Origin: Aggregatilineales bacterium
GTDB taxonomy: Bacteria > Chloroflexota > Anaerolineae > Aggregatilineales > Phototrophicaceae
Assembly (NCBI GenBank): GCA_030834905.1
Contig: JAUQWZ010000022.1
Coordinates: forward strand, 28,335-92,334
Length of the DNA stretch: 64,000 bases
Reading direction: 5' to 3'
The position numbers were made by a program, and so were the translations under genes. Shown in pieces: positions 47,096-58,138 of this stretch. How positions within the stretch are numbered: position 1 is the stretch's first letter; every line of letters begins with the position of its first letter. The notes under the pieces are model-generated. The model made no database searches. It saw only the letters and a list, made by a program, of their open reading frames with translations, and was not told where the DNA came from.

Positions 47096-48487
47096 ATGCT
47101 GTTGAAGTATTTCTATGATCAGGAGCTGGCGCAGGCGTCCTATCTGGTGGGATCGCCGGATACTGGCGAAGCGCTGGTCATCGATCCTGCCCGCCACGTC
47201 GAGCCATATTTGCAGGCGGCGCGGCAGGAAGGCTTGCGGATCACCCAGGTGACGGAGACTCACATCCACGCCGATTTTGTCAGCGGCAGCCGCGAACTGG
47301 CGGCGCGGACGGGCGCGCGTCTGTACCTGAGTGGCATGGGCGGCGAGGACTGGTCGTATGCCTTTGCCGACGACAACACGGTGCTGCTGCGCGACGGCGA
47401 TCACTGGCTGCTGGGCGAAATTCGGATTGACGCGCTGCACACGCCGGGACATACCCCCGAACATCTCATCTTTCAGATTACCGACGCTGGCGCGAAGACG
47501 CCGATGGCGCTGTTCACCGGCGACTGCCTGTTCGTCGGTGATGTCGGGCGTCCCGATTTGCTCGAAACTGCCCTCGGCAGCCTCAACACCAGCGAAGCCG
47601 GGGCGCGGCAGCAGTTCAGGAATGTGCAGCGCTTCAAAACCATGCCCGATCATCTACAGGTGCTGCCGGGTCATGGGGCGGGCAGCGCCTGCGGCAAGGC
47701 GCTCGGCGCGGTGCCTTCGAGTACCATCGGCTATGAAAAGCTGGTTAATCCCGCCTTCCAGTTGGATGATGAAGATGCTTTCGTGGACTGGCTGCTGGAA
47801 GGGCAGCCGGAGACGCCGCGCTACTTCGCGCAGATGAAGCGCGTCAACCGTCAGGGAGCAGCGCTGCTGTCGGAACTGCGACCACCGCAGCCGCTGGAAC
47901 GCTTCATTCTGCCGGAAGTGCAGAAAGACGGCGCGCTGGTGATCGACACCCGCAGCGCCGTTCTGTTCGGTCACGCCCATGTGCCAGGCACTCTGAATAT
48001 TCCGCCCGACAGGCAGTTCAGCACCTACGCCGGTTGGTTCGTGGATTACACTGCGCCCACCTACCTGATCGCCAGCGACAGCCTCATCGACGATCTGGCG
48101 CGCCAGCTTCGCGCCATCGGAGTTGATCACATCCCCGGCTATTTTCCATCACAGCAGGTGGATGTGTCGCAGGCGCTGCCGACGATAGAGGCTCAGGCGG
48201 CAGCCCAGCGGCTTGAATCAGGGCGGGCGCTGCTGCTCGACGTGCGCTCGCGGAGCGAATATGACAGCCAGCACATTGAAGGCGCGCGCCATATTCATTA
48301 CGGTAATCTGGTCGAACATATAGACGCGCTGCTGCCCGAACAGGATATCATCCTGTACTGCGCCAGCGGCACGCGCTCGCAGATCGCCGCCAGCCTGCTG
48401 CAAAGCTACGGCTTCAGCGGTGTCGCCAACATGCGCGGCGGCATTGAGGCATGGCGCAAAGCCGGACTGTCAGTAGTTGAAAGCTGA
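47096..48487 (+). CDS. Metallo-beta-lactamase fold plus rhodanese domains (persulfide dioxygenase/sulfurtransferase-like)
   Basis: THIHADF, HTPGHT, FTGD; C-terminal YCASGTRS. Confidence 0.92.
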   Translation: MLLKYFYDQELAQASYLVGSPDTGEALVIDPARHVEPYLQAARQEGLRITQVTETHIHADFVSGSRELAARTGARLYLSGMGGEDWSYAFADDNTVLLRDGDHWLLGEIRIDALHTPGHTPEHLIFQITDAGAKTPMALFTGDCLFVGDVGRPDLLETALGSLNTSEAGARQQFRNVQRFKTMPDHLQVLPGHGAGSACGKALGAVPSSTIGYEKLVNPAFQLDDEDAFVDWLLEGQPETPRYFAQMKRVNRQGAALLSELRPPQPLERFILPEVQKDGALVIDTRSAVLFGHAHVPGTLNIPPDRQFSTYAGWFVDYTAPTYLIASDSLIDDLARQLRAIGVDHIPGYFPSQQVDVSQALPTIEAQAAAQRLESGRALLLDVRSRSEYDSQHIEGARHIHYGNLVEHIDALLPEQDIILYCASGTRSQIAASLLQSYGFSGVANMRGGIEAWRKAGLSVVES

Positions 48488-48500
48488 GTGGGTAACCGCC

Positions 48501-50294
48501 TCATGGCTCGTCGTGTGAGCCGGTAATGATCGACAGGGCGACGACGTTGAGATCGACCGGCTTGTTCAGTTCCGACGCCAGCCGGTCTTCGACGACGCCG
48601 ACAAACTGCGGCGTCACCGGCGCAATCGAGCGCACCGTCGCCAGCACCGCGATGGTCTCGCCGTCGGTTACGTTTACGTCAACTATCTCGGCGGGCAAAA
48701 AGGCTTCCTGCAGCCGTTCCTCGATCAGACCGGCTGCGCCCTGCTGATTGCTGAGGGTAAGCAGCGCCGCCACCAGCGGCAGCGCCAGCACCATCACCAG
48801 CGCTACGGTTAGGTACTGCTGTTTGCGCGAGCGCTCGATTAAGCGGGGGCGCATCCCCATCCAGAAGAACACACCCCACACCGCCAGACTGATGCAGATG
48901 AAATTGGTCGTAAACAGCAGCGCCGCGCCCGTCGCCAGTTCGATATTTCGCACGCCAATCGCCAGCCCAATGGTGCAGATCGCCGGTTCCAGCGACGCCG
49001 AGATGGCGACGCCCGCCAGCGCGTCCGAAATATGCTTGCGGGCGGCAGCATAAGCGCCGACGAAGCCAGCGGCAAGCGCCACGGCGACATCGATTAACGT
49101 CGGGTGGCTCCAGTTTTGCATCTCGCCAGTCGGAGTCTTAAAGACAACCAGCTTGCCCATCAGAAACGCGACCACGAAGGCGATCAGCATCCCGACGCCG
49201 AGCGTGACCGTGGCGCGGCGCATGGTGCTGATATTGCCGGTCGTCAGCCCGGTGGCGAACGCCATGATCGGCGCGCGCAGCGGCGCGACCAGCATCGCGC
49301 CAATGATCAGGGTGGCGTTATTCAGCAGCAGCCCCGCCGTCGCGATTATGGCGGCGAGTGCCATCAGCAGCCAGTAATCGAGGTTGGGCGATGCCTGTTC
49401 TTCCGCCGTCCAGACCAGTTCTTCCTGTTCGGTATCGGTCAGCGTTGGTTTCAGCCAGCGCCAGCGCCGCTGGAGCCACGACAGCCGCGCGGCACGTCCA
49501 TTTTCAACGCTCGTCGTCAGCAGCACCGGACCCTCGGCGCGTTCAAACAGCGGCGCTGAGAAGCTGCTGAACAGCCACCTGTCCAGCGTCACGTGATCGA
49601 CAAAGCCAATGACGATCAGGTCGCTCGGCGTCACCTCGCTGAACAAACCTTCCAGGGGGTCGTCTTCGGGCACGATGATCCGGCGGACTTTCTGCGCGCC
49701 CGGTAAGTAGCGCAGCGCCCGGTCAATCTGCGCCCTGATTTCGCCGGCGGTATGCCCGGGACGCTGGACGCCGACGGCGATCATGTTCACGCCCGAATAA
49801 CGCGCCAGCCGCAGCCCGACGCGGCAGGCAACCCGCGCGTGGTCGCTGTTGTCCACCGGCACGACCACCCGCTGGAAGTCGTTTGGCTGATGGGCGATCA
49901 TCACGGCGCAGGGCGCTGCCGGGGCGACATTGCGGGCAATGGGATGATGCTCGTCGGCGCTGCTCGTCCCCATGATAATCAGATCCGCCTGCACTTCGCG
50001 GGCGACTTCGAGGATGCTGCGGGCGATGCTGCCAGAATGGCGCACCAGCAGTTCGGTGGCGGGGTATTCCCGCTGGAAGCGGTCAACGACGGTTTCGATC
50101 TCGTCCAGCAGGTCGCTCTGTTCTACGTCGTGTTCCAGCCGGACGAACAGGGCGATAATTCGCCCGACGCGCGAGTCGATTAGTCCGGCTGTCAGCCGCA
50201 GCAGAACCGGCGCGGTGTCAGGGTTGCCAACCGGAACGACGATGACGTTGAGATCATCGTTCGGCGGGATTCTGGCTGAACGTTCAGCCGCCAA
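48501..50294 (-). CDS. Tandem universal-stress-protein domains fused to a DUF389 membrane domain
   Basis: VVPVG/ADLIIMG and VVVPVD USP motifs; IIGAMLVAPL and AGVAISASLEP DUF389 motifs. Start near 50294 inferred because the longer ORF overlaps galK. Confidence 0.8.
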   Translation of the reverse strand: MAAERSARIPPNDDLNVIVVPVGNPDTAPVLLRLTAGLIDSRVGRIIALFVRLEHDVEQSDLLDEIETVVDRFQREYPATELLVRHSGSIARSILEVAREVQADLIIMGTSSADEHHPIARNVAPAAPCAVMIAHQPNDFQRVVVPVDNSDHARVACRVGLRLARYSGVNMIAVGVQRPGHTAGEIRAQIDRALRYLPGAQKVRRIIVPEDDPLEGLFSEVTPSDLIVIGFVDHVTLDRWLFSSFSAPLFERAEGPVLLTTSVENGRAARLSWLQRRWRWLKPTLTDTEQEELVWTAEEQASPNLDYWLLMALAAIIATAGLLLNNATLIIGAMLVAPLRAPIMAFATGLTTGNISTMRRATVTLGVGMLIAFVVAFLMGKLVVFKTPTGEMQNWSHPTLIDVAVALAAGFVGAYAAARKHISDALAGVAISASLEPAICTIGLAIGVRNIELATGAALLFTTNFICISLAVWGVFFWMGMRPRLIERSRKQQYLTVALVMVLALPLVAALLTLSNQQGAAGLIEERLQEAFLPAEIVDVNVTDGETIAVLATVRSIAPVTPQFVGVVEDRLASELNKPVDLNVVALSIITGSHDEP

Positions 50295-51444
50295 CGGGGA
50301 CGACGACCGATGCGCCCGCTGCCGCTGGCGAAACGTAGATCCGGGCATCCAGTCCGGTTTCCTGCCGGTAAGCGGCGGTAACGCTTTCGATGAAGGCGGC
50401 TTCCACGTCGGCGCGAACCAACGCCACCGCGCAGCCGCCAAAGCCGCCGCCGGTCATGCGCGCGCCGTAGCAGCCAGCCTGACGCCGCGCGATTTCGACA
50501 ATCGTATTGAGGGCGTCGTTGGTCACTTCAAAGTCGTCGCGCAGGCTGGTGTGACTGGCGTCCATCAACCTGCCAAAAGTGGTCGCGTCACCGGCGCGCA
50601 TGGCGTCTGCCGCCTGAAGCGTGCGCTCATTTTCGGTGATCACGTGGCGGGCGCGCTTTGCCACCACCGGATCGAGCAGATCGGCGGCGGCTTCAAACTG
50701 CTGTAAGCTGACGTCGCGCAGGGCGGACACGTTGAAGAAACTGGCTGCCTGCTCACACTGCCTGCGACGTTCGTTATAAGCCGACGTCACCAGCTCGCGG
50801 CGGGTGGTGGTGTCCATGATCACCACTCGCGTATCGGGCGGCAGCGGCACCGGTTCCAGCGTCAGCCAGCGGCAGTCAATCAGCAGGGCGCGTCCTTCCA
50901 CGCCCGCCGACGAAATCAACTGATCCATGATGCCGGATTTCATGCCGACCCACTCGTTTTCGGCGCGCTGGCAGATTTTCGCCATCTCGACCGCGTCCCA
51001 CACATGCGACGAGAGTTCGGCGAAGGCGCGGGCGGTTGCCAGCTCAATGGCAGCCGACGACGACAGTCCAGCGCCAATCGGCACGTCGCCCGCCATGACG
51101 CCTTCCCAGCCGTTCAGCGTCCAGCCGGCTTCCTGCAGCGCCCAGGCGACGCCCTTCATGTATTCGACCCATTCGCCATGCCGCTGCGATTCCTGCGACA
51201 TTTCGGCAGGCGAAAACTCGGCAACCTCATCGTAATCCAGTGAGTAGATGACCACATAGCTGTCATTGCGCGGGCGCAGCGCGATCCAGACGGCGCGGTC
51301 AATCGCCATCGGCAGCACGAAGCCGTCGTTGTAGTCGGTGTGCTCGCCGATCAGATTTACGCGCCCCGGCGCGCGCGCGATGATATCGGGCGGCGTTCCA
51401 AAGCGGTTCGCAAACTCCTGTGCCACATGTTCCTGCAGGCTCAT
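50284..51444 (-). CDS. galK: Galactokinase
   Basis: APGRVNLIGEHTDYNDG, PIGAGLSSSAA, GARMTGGGFGG. Confidence 0.98.
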   Translation of the reverse strand: MSLQEHVAQEFANRFGTPPDIIARAPGRVNLIGEHTDYNDGFVLPMAIDRAVWIALRPRNDSYVVIYSLDYDEVAEFSPAEMSQESQRHGEWVEYMKGVAWALQEAGWTLNGWEGVMAGDVPIGAGLSSSAAIELATARAFAELSSHVWDAVEMAKICQRAENEWVGMKSGIMDQLISSAGVEGRALLIDCRWLTLEPVPLPPDTRVVIMDTTTRRELVTSAYNERRRQCEQAASFFNVSALRDVSLQQFEAAADLLDPVVAKRARHVITENERTLQAADAMRAGDATTFGRLMDASHTSLRDDFEVTNDALNTIVEIARRQAGCYGARMTGGGFGGCAVALVRADVEAAFIESVTAAYRQETGLDARIYVSPAAAGASVVVPVGG

Positions 51445-51541
51445 TGACCGAAACTCCCCCACCAAGCCGCTTGCGGCGGCTGAATGATTCCATAGCCACT
51501 ATCATTATGGTGTGTAATATACCATCAGCCGCCGTCGGTGT

Positions 51542-52648
<1,107 letters not shown>

Positions 52649-52852
52649 TCAAAATGCCCTCACCCTAAAGCCCTCTCCCTAAATCCCTCTCCCTCAGGGC
52701 GAGGGACTTGCAGACAAAGACTCTGGTTTGCACCGGGAGTAAGGGCTGCCTGCTGGTAATTCACAAGATAATTACGGTTTTTCGTAGGAACACGACATCG
52801 TCGTGTCCGCCGTCTGGCTGCATTTCCCGGATGACGGTTGCCTTGCTGTCCG

Positions 52853-54148
52853 CTACTGGTACTGCGGCAGCCAGCCCTCATGGGCGGCGATCAGGTCATC
52901 GACCAGCGACCAGATCTGGTCGAGACTGAGTTCCGCCGCCGTGTGCGGGTCGAGCATTGCCGCGTGATAGATATGTTCGCGCCTGCCGGTCAGCGCCGCT
53001 TCGACGGTGAGCGCCTGCACGTTGATATTGGTCTGCATCAGCGCGGCAAGGTGCGGTGGCAGCGCGCCGATCTTCGTTGGCTGCAAGCCGTTTTTATCCA
53101 CCAGACACGGCACTTCGACGCAGCAGCCTTCGGGCAGGTTGTCGATCAGCCCGTTGTTGGCGAAGTTGCCGTAAATGACACGCGGCTGTCCGGTTTCGAG
53201 GCTGTGGATGATGAGCGAGCCATATTCGTGACTGCGCCGGACTTCGATATCCGCGCCAGCTTCGAGTTCGGCGCGCTGTTTTTCCCAACCGGCGATCTGG
53301 TTTTCGCTGCGGCGAATGTACTCGTCGAGGGGGATGTTGAACTGCTCGATCAGATCCGGGCGGTCGCGTTTGATAAACCAGGGGACGTATTCGCTGAAGT
53401 GCTCGCTGCTTTCGGTCACGAAATAGCCCAACCGCTGGAACATCTCATAGCGCACGCGGTTCCAGTCGGGCACGCGCCCTTCTTCGACCACCTGGCGGAT
53501 GCGCGGGTACAGGTTTTCGCCCTCGCGCTCAAAGCGCAGGTAAAACGCCATGTGATTGATGCCCGCGCACAGGTAGTTGATTTCGTCAATCGGGATGCCA
53601 ATATCCTCTGCCAGTTGTTCCGCTGTCCCCTGCACGCTGTGGCACAGCCCGACCGTCTTAATGCTGGTTTCGCGGTTGATCGCCCAGCAGTTCATCGCCA
53701 TCGGGTTGACGTATTGCAGGAAGGTCACGTCCGGGCAAAGCTGCTCCATCTCGTGGCACATATCCAGCAGCACCGGAATGGTGCGCAAGCCGCGCATAAT
53801 GCCGCCGATGCCGAGCGTGTCGGCAATCGTCTGGCGCAGCCCATACTTCTTGGGGATTTCAAAGTCGGTGACTGTACCCGGCTTGTAGCCGCCGACCTGG
53901 ATCATACAGATGGCGTAATCGGCATCTGCCAGCGCCCGGCGGCGGTCAGTAGTCGTTTCAATGGTCGGATGAGCGCCGAGCGCCTGGGCGACCTTGTGGG
54001 CGACAATTTCCGACGTGCGCAGCCGTTCGGCGTCGATATCGAACAGGGAAATGGTGGCGTTCTGGAGTTCGGGAAAACTTAAAATGTCGCCGAGCAGGTT
54101 CTTTGCGAAGACGGTGCTGCCAGCGCCAATGAACGTAATTCTGGGCAT
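52853..54148 (-). CDS. melA: Alpha-galactosidase, glycoside hydrolase family 4
   Basis: ITFIGAGS, QTIADTLGIGG, NPM, GLCHS, AGINHM. Confidence 0.92.
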   Translation of the reverse strand: MPRITFIGAGSTVFAKNLLGDILSFPELQNATISLFDIDAERLRTSEIVAHKVAQALGAHPTIETTTDRRRALADADYAICMIQVGGYKPGTVTDFEIPKKYGLRQTIADTLGIGGIMRGLRTIPVLLDMCHEMEQLCPDVTFLQYVNPMAMNCWAINRETSIKTVGLCHSVQGTAEQLAEDIGIPIDEINYLCAGINHMAFYLRFEREGENLYPRIRQVVEEGRVPDWNRVRYEMFQRLGYFVTESSEHFSEYVPWFIKRDRPDLIEQFNIPLDEYIRRSENQIAGWEKQRAELEAGADIEVRRSHEYGSLIIHSLETGQPRVIYGNFANNGLIDNLPEGCCVEVPCLVDKNGLQPTKIGALPPHLAALMQTNINVQALTVEAALTGRREHIYHAAMLDPHTAAELSLDQIWSLVDDLIAAHEGWLPQYQ

Positions 54149-54367
54149 GATAATCCTCATGATTCAGGAACCTCGCCTGTTGGCTGACTACAGCGGGCGG
54201 CGAGGTAACGCGCTGACGCTCTTTTATAGCGCAGAATGAAGCAGTTAGCGAAGGAAAATCGAATGAAAACAGCGCATTTTTAGAGGCTGTCTGAACATTC
54301 GGAAGGGCATTAATAACGAAATGCGGGAAATGTAGGGACACGACACCGCCGTGTCCGTTTCGTGCTG

Positions 54368-54904
54368 CTAGGATAACGGATCGTGTGGCTCTGGGACTTC
54401 CGGCGCTGCGGTCTGTTCCTGTTTTTTGGGATCGCTGCGCCAGCTTTCAACGAAGATGATCAGCACGCCAAAGACGATGGCGTGATCGGCAAGGTTGGAG
54501 ACGTTCGAGATCAGTCCGGGGATCTGGTAGTGGATGAAATCGATGACCGCGCCGTACTGAAGCCGGTCAAGCGCGTTGCCGAGCGCGCCGCCGCACACCA
54601 GACCAATCGCAAAACGCGACAGCACCGCTTCTTTGGGCATCCGGGGATAAAAGACGAGCATGGCGATGACGACCACGACGGCGATCACCAGGAAGATATC
54701 GCCCGCCTGCGGCAGAAAGCCAAACGCCGCCCCCTTGTTTTCGCTGTAGGTAAGCTGGAAGTAGGGCACCAGCGCTTCTATCGGGGCAAACGTCTGACCC
54801 ACATACAGGCGCTCCATGATCAGGCGCTTGGTGAGCTGATCGACCAGCAGCACCGCGCCGATAATCAGCAGCAGCGGCAGCCATATCCTGAGCGTGCGAG
54901 CCAT
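54368..54904 (-). CDS. lspA: Signal peptidase II
   Basis: DQLTK, NKGAAFG, GALGNALDR, SNLAD. Confidence 0.92.
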   Translation of the reverse strand: MARTLRIWLPLLLIIGAVLLVDQLTKRLIMERLYVGQTFAPIEALVPYFQLTYSENKGAAFGFLPQAGDIFLVIAVVVVIAMLVFYPRMPKEAVLSRFAIGLVCGGALGNALDRLQYGAVIDFIHYQIPGLISNVSNLADHAIVFGVLIIFVESWRSDPKKQEQTAAPEVPEPHDPLS

Positions 54905-55088
54905 GAGTACTCCGAATAAAACATTGAGCGTCCAGCATTCTACCATAGGGCAGGCGGCGACTCGCAGTGGGAAAAGAAAAGACCCAACCCAAAGGCGCGA
55001 GGATGAAAAGAAAGGCGCTAAGGATTCTAAGTAATCCCCTTTGCGTCCTTCCTTAGTTCTTTGCGTCTTTGCGTTAAGTCTTTAGTCT

Positions 55089-56036
55089 TTAGTCGTTTCC
55101 GGCTGGCGGCAATACTACGCTGCTCTCCGTCTCGCGCAGGTAGCGGTCGAAGAAGCCGACGACGCTGCTTTCCCACAGCGCCGGGTCGCTGGCGAGCAAG
55201 CCGCTGTGTCCCGCTGAATCGAACCGAACCAACTGCCTGGGTTCTCCGGCGGCGTCATACAGCCGCTGGCTGTTTTCAGAGCCGATCAGCCGATCCTGCC
55301 CGCCATACATCAGCAGGACGGCGCGCGGCGCGATCCGGGCGATCTCGTCCACCGGGCGCACCTGCCCGATTCGCAAGCCGGTTTCCAGCTCACCGAAGAA
55401 GATTACCAGCGGGGCAAAGGGGAACGGCGGCAGCCCGGCGATCTGGCGCACACCGGCGGCGACGTTTTCCTCAATGCTGGTGAAGGCGGACTGCGCCACG
55501 ACAGCGCGGAGTTCGGGCATCTGCGCCGCCGCCCGAATTGCCGTAATCGCGCCGAGCGATTCGCCAAATATGCCGATGTGATCGGGGTTGACCTCCGGCT
55601 GGATCAGCAGAAAATCCAGGGCGGCGCGGACGTCGCGCGGTTCGTAGTAACCCAGCGTGCTGAGTTCTCCGCCGCTTTCGCCGTGGCTGCGAAGATCGAG
55701 CAGCAGCGCGCCGTAACCGTGATCGTAGAGGACGGCAGCCTGTTGTAACAAAAGCTGGCGGTTGCCCCCCAGCCCGTGAAGGTAGATCACCACCGCGCCT
55801 GATTCAGCCGGTGCCATGTACCAGGCGGCGAGGTCGATGCCGTCGCTGGTCTGCAATCGCGCCGTTTGATAGTCGATGAATCCGGCGCTGTCCGGCTGCA
55901 CCGTGATAGGCAGGCGGGGCGGATGCACCAGGATCATGGCGCGGCTGCGCGTCAGCAGCAATCCGGCTGCGGTGGTGAGGACAAGGATAACCACCAGTGC
56001 CGCCACAACCACGTTACGCACGCGATGACGTTTCAT
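55089..56036 (-). CDS. Membrane-anchored alpha/beta hydrolase
   Basis: GESLG nucleophile motif; YLHG; AGH. Confidence 0.9.
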   Translation of the reverse strand: MKRHRVRNVVVAALVVILVLTTAAGLLLTRSRAMILVHPPRLPITVQPDSAGFIDYQTARLQTSDGIDLAAWYMAPAESGAVVIYLHGLGGNRQLLLQQAAVLYDHGYGALLLDLRSHGESGGELSTLGYYEPRDVRAALDFLLIQPEVNPDHIGIFGESLGAITAIRAAAQMPELRAVVAQSAFTSIEENVAAGVRQIAGLPPFPFAPLVIFFGELETGLRIGQVRPVDEIARIAPRAVLLMYGGQDRLIGSENSQRLYDAAGEPRQLVRFDSAGHSGLLASDPALWESSVVGFFDRYLRETESSVVLPPAGND

Positions 56037-56267
56037 CAGGCAACTTTCGCAGCAGGAAATCGTGAATTTCCATGCTACAGGAAAACGTCAACTTGCACTA
56101 CTCGACTCGCAAAATTGGCGCGGGTTAGCGTGGTGGGTTAAGAAAGAATGAGAGAGGGCGCAGCACGCCGCGCCCCTACGGGTGGTAATTTGTGACGCGG
56201 GATTAAGAGCGAACAAGAGAGGGCGCAGCACGCTGCGCCCCTACGGATGGCAATGTGTGACGTGGGG

Positions 56268-57311
56268 TTAGCGGACTGGCACGTTAAAGCGTTCGCCGCG
56301 CACCGTGACCCAGGGAGCAGCAATCCAGCCGACCTGATCGTTGTAACGCACCTGATACCACTGGTCGATCCCCGCCTGAACGGTGCGACCCACCAGCGAG
56401 GTTGGCGCGCCCCAGGGGATGCTGGCGATCTGCGGCGAGCGCGTGCTGGGACGCGCTCGCATATTCATGACTGCGCGCGGGATGGCGACGACGCCCAGTT
56501 CCGGCGGGTTGGCGAATTCGTCAAACACGCTGCCCTGAAGCGGCAGCGAATTGATGTCCACATTTAGCTGCAAGTAGCGACCGGATGCCCAACCGCGCCG
56601 TTCGCCCACCTGGAGCAGATACCAGTTATAGACGCCTTCGTCGCGGTTGCGTGCCAGCACCGGGTAGCTCTGCTGTCCTATCAGCGCGGTGATATAGCTG
56701 GCGCCAAGATAGGGACCGGTGCGCAGCGCCAAGCCGCGCACGCCGACCACCGTTGCTGATGGACCGGTATAGACGGCTGTCGGCGGCGGTGTCCCGAACG
56801 GAGTCACCACGACAACGCCTCCGGGCGGCGTGACGGTTCCGGTGCTGATGAGGAACCACTGAAACTGAAGTGCCGCCTGATCGACGTACTCGACATACTC
56901 GACGGTGATGGAGTGCGAACCCGCCGTCAGCGACTGTTGGAAGCGGTCGGTTGTCAGCACCCGCCCAACGAAACGGTCGAGCACCAGGACGTTGTCGATG
57001 TACACGCGCACGCCGTCGTCAGACGCGATGACGAACTCGTAAGTGCCCGGCGTGAACAACTGTACCGACGTGAAGCGGGCGGAGAAATTATCGGGCTGAA
57101 CCAGTACGTTGGGGGAACCGGTGCCCCAGTTAAAGTTGATGCCGCTGGGTAGGGTTTCGGTATATGCCGCCGAGCCGGACAAATCGGCGTTGTTGAAGTA
57201 CTGGGCTGTCCACCCCGCGCCCAAACCCGATTGTCCCAGCACCAGGGAAGTCAACGCGCCCATGAGCGCGATCAGCACTGCTAGTATGAGAGTGGAACGT
57301 CGATTCGGCAT
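56268..57311 (-). CDS. Secreted PA14 plus tandem SH3b-domain protein
   Basis: INFNWGTGSP...FSARF...SDDGVRVYID; LRTGP and MRARPS...WYQV. Confidence 0.88.
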   Translation of the reverse strand: MPNRRSTLILAVLIALMGALTSLVLGQSGLGAGWTAQYFNNADLSGSAAYTETLPSGINFNWGTGSPNVLVQPDNFSARFTSVQLFTPGTYEFVIASDDGVRVYIDNVLVLDRFVGRVLTTDRFQQSLTAGSHSITVEYVEYVDQAALQFQWFLISTGTVTPPGGVVVVTPFGTPPPTAVYTGPSATVVGVRGLALRTGPYLGASYITALIGQQSYPVLARNRDEGVYNWYLLQVGERRGWASGRYLQLNVDINSLPLQGSVFDEFANPPELGVVAIPRAVMNMRARPSTRSPQIASIPWGAPTSLVGRTVQAGIDQWYQVRYNDQVGWIAAPWVTVRGERFNVPVR

Positions 57312-57481
57312 AGTCCCTCCGCGTGGTCGTCAAGCTCTCACCTAAATATAGCGCAAAAATCGGCTGGCGATATAGCAATGCTTGTTGATTCTTGCTATAA
57401 TGGAAAACGTAATATGAAACCTTTGAGGCACTTCTTCGTATTAGGTAGTGAAGCACTTAACTTGAGAAGGAGCAAGAGGTC

Positions 57482-57892
57482 ATGTCGGATAATCCGAACA
57501 ACGAGCAGAATCAGGGTCGCCGGGCGTTCAATGAGGAACTGGAAGTGGCTGGCAACCAGTTGGTTGAGCGTGTACGTGAACTGATTGAAGAGGGCAATGT
57601 GCGCCGTTTGATCATCCGCAATCAGGATGGGCGTACCCTGCTCGAAATCCCGCTGACATTTGGCGTGGTTGCTGGCGGCGCGCTGCTGGTCTTCTACCCG
57701 CTGCTGGCAGGTCTGGCGGCGATTGGCGGTCTGGTGTCTCGCCTTCATATTGAAGTGGTGCGCGAAGAGACGGACGATCTGATGCACGACGTGAAGGAAA
57801 AGGTCGATGACGTGCGCGGTGAGCTGCGCTCTGCCGCTAAGGACGCCAGGAAAAATGTCGAAAACGTGCGCGACGAGCTGACCGGCGAATAA
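57482..57892 (+). CDS. DUF4342 domain protein
   Basis: LVERVRELIEEGNVRRLII...LLEIPLTFG. Confidence 0.88.
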   Translation: MSDNPNNEQNQGRRAFNEELEVAGNQLVERVRELIEEGNVRRLIIRNQDGRTLLEIPLTFGVVAGGALLVFYPLLAGLAAIGGLVSRLHIEVVREETDDLMHDVKEKVDDVRGELRSAAKDARKNVENVRDELTGE

Positions 57893-58023
57893 TTCTTCGC
57901 CTGAACCGTCGGCGCAGTAACAGGCAGGGGCACGCGATGTGCTCCTGTTTTGTTTTCCGAGACAGCGGCGCGATGTGTTCCGCCCGCGCGCGTTTCAGCG
58001 GGCGAGGCAAGGGGTAAGGCAAT

Positions 58024-58048
58024 GGGCGAGGCGTTGCCTCGCCCCTAC
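58024..58048. repeat. REP-like hairpin, family GGGCGAGGC-N3-GCCTCGCCC-CTAC
   Basis: Second copy at 60588-60612; the two flank the oxidase-ZIP pair. Confidence 0.8.
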
Positions 58049-58069
58049 GGGATAATTCCCCACTGTTTG

Positions 58070-58098
58070 TTGACATTATTTTAGATTTGGCTAAAATA
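58070..58098 (+). promoter_or_regulatory. Promoter with overlapping palindromic operator
   Basis: TTGACA (58070-58075), 16 bp, TAAAAT (58092-58097); inverted repeat TATTTTAG-N6-CTAAAATA (58077-58098). Confidence 0.7.
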
Positions 58099-58138
58099 TA
58101 TATTCAACCAAAGAAAATGATTTTTAGGACACCGGAAC

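Noticed and set aside
50295-50441. N-terminal extension of the USP-DUF389 ORF
   Set aside because: Overlaps the galK 3' end in another frame and reads as low-quality sequence; the true start is likely near 50294.
52838-54082. 414-aa plus-strand ORF
   Set aside because: Antisense shadow of melA.
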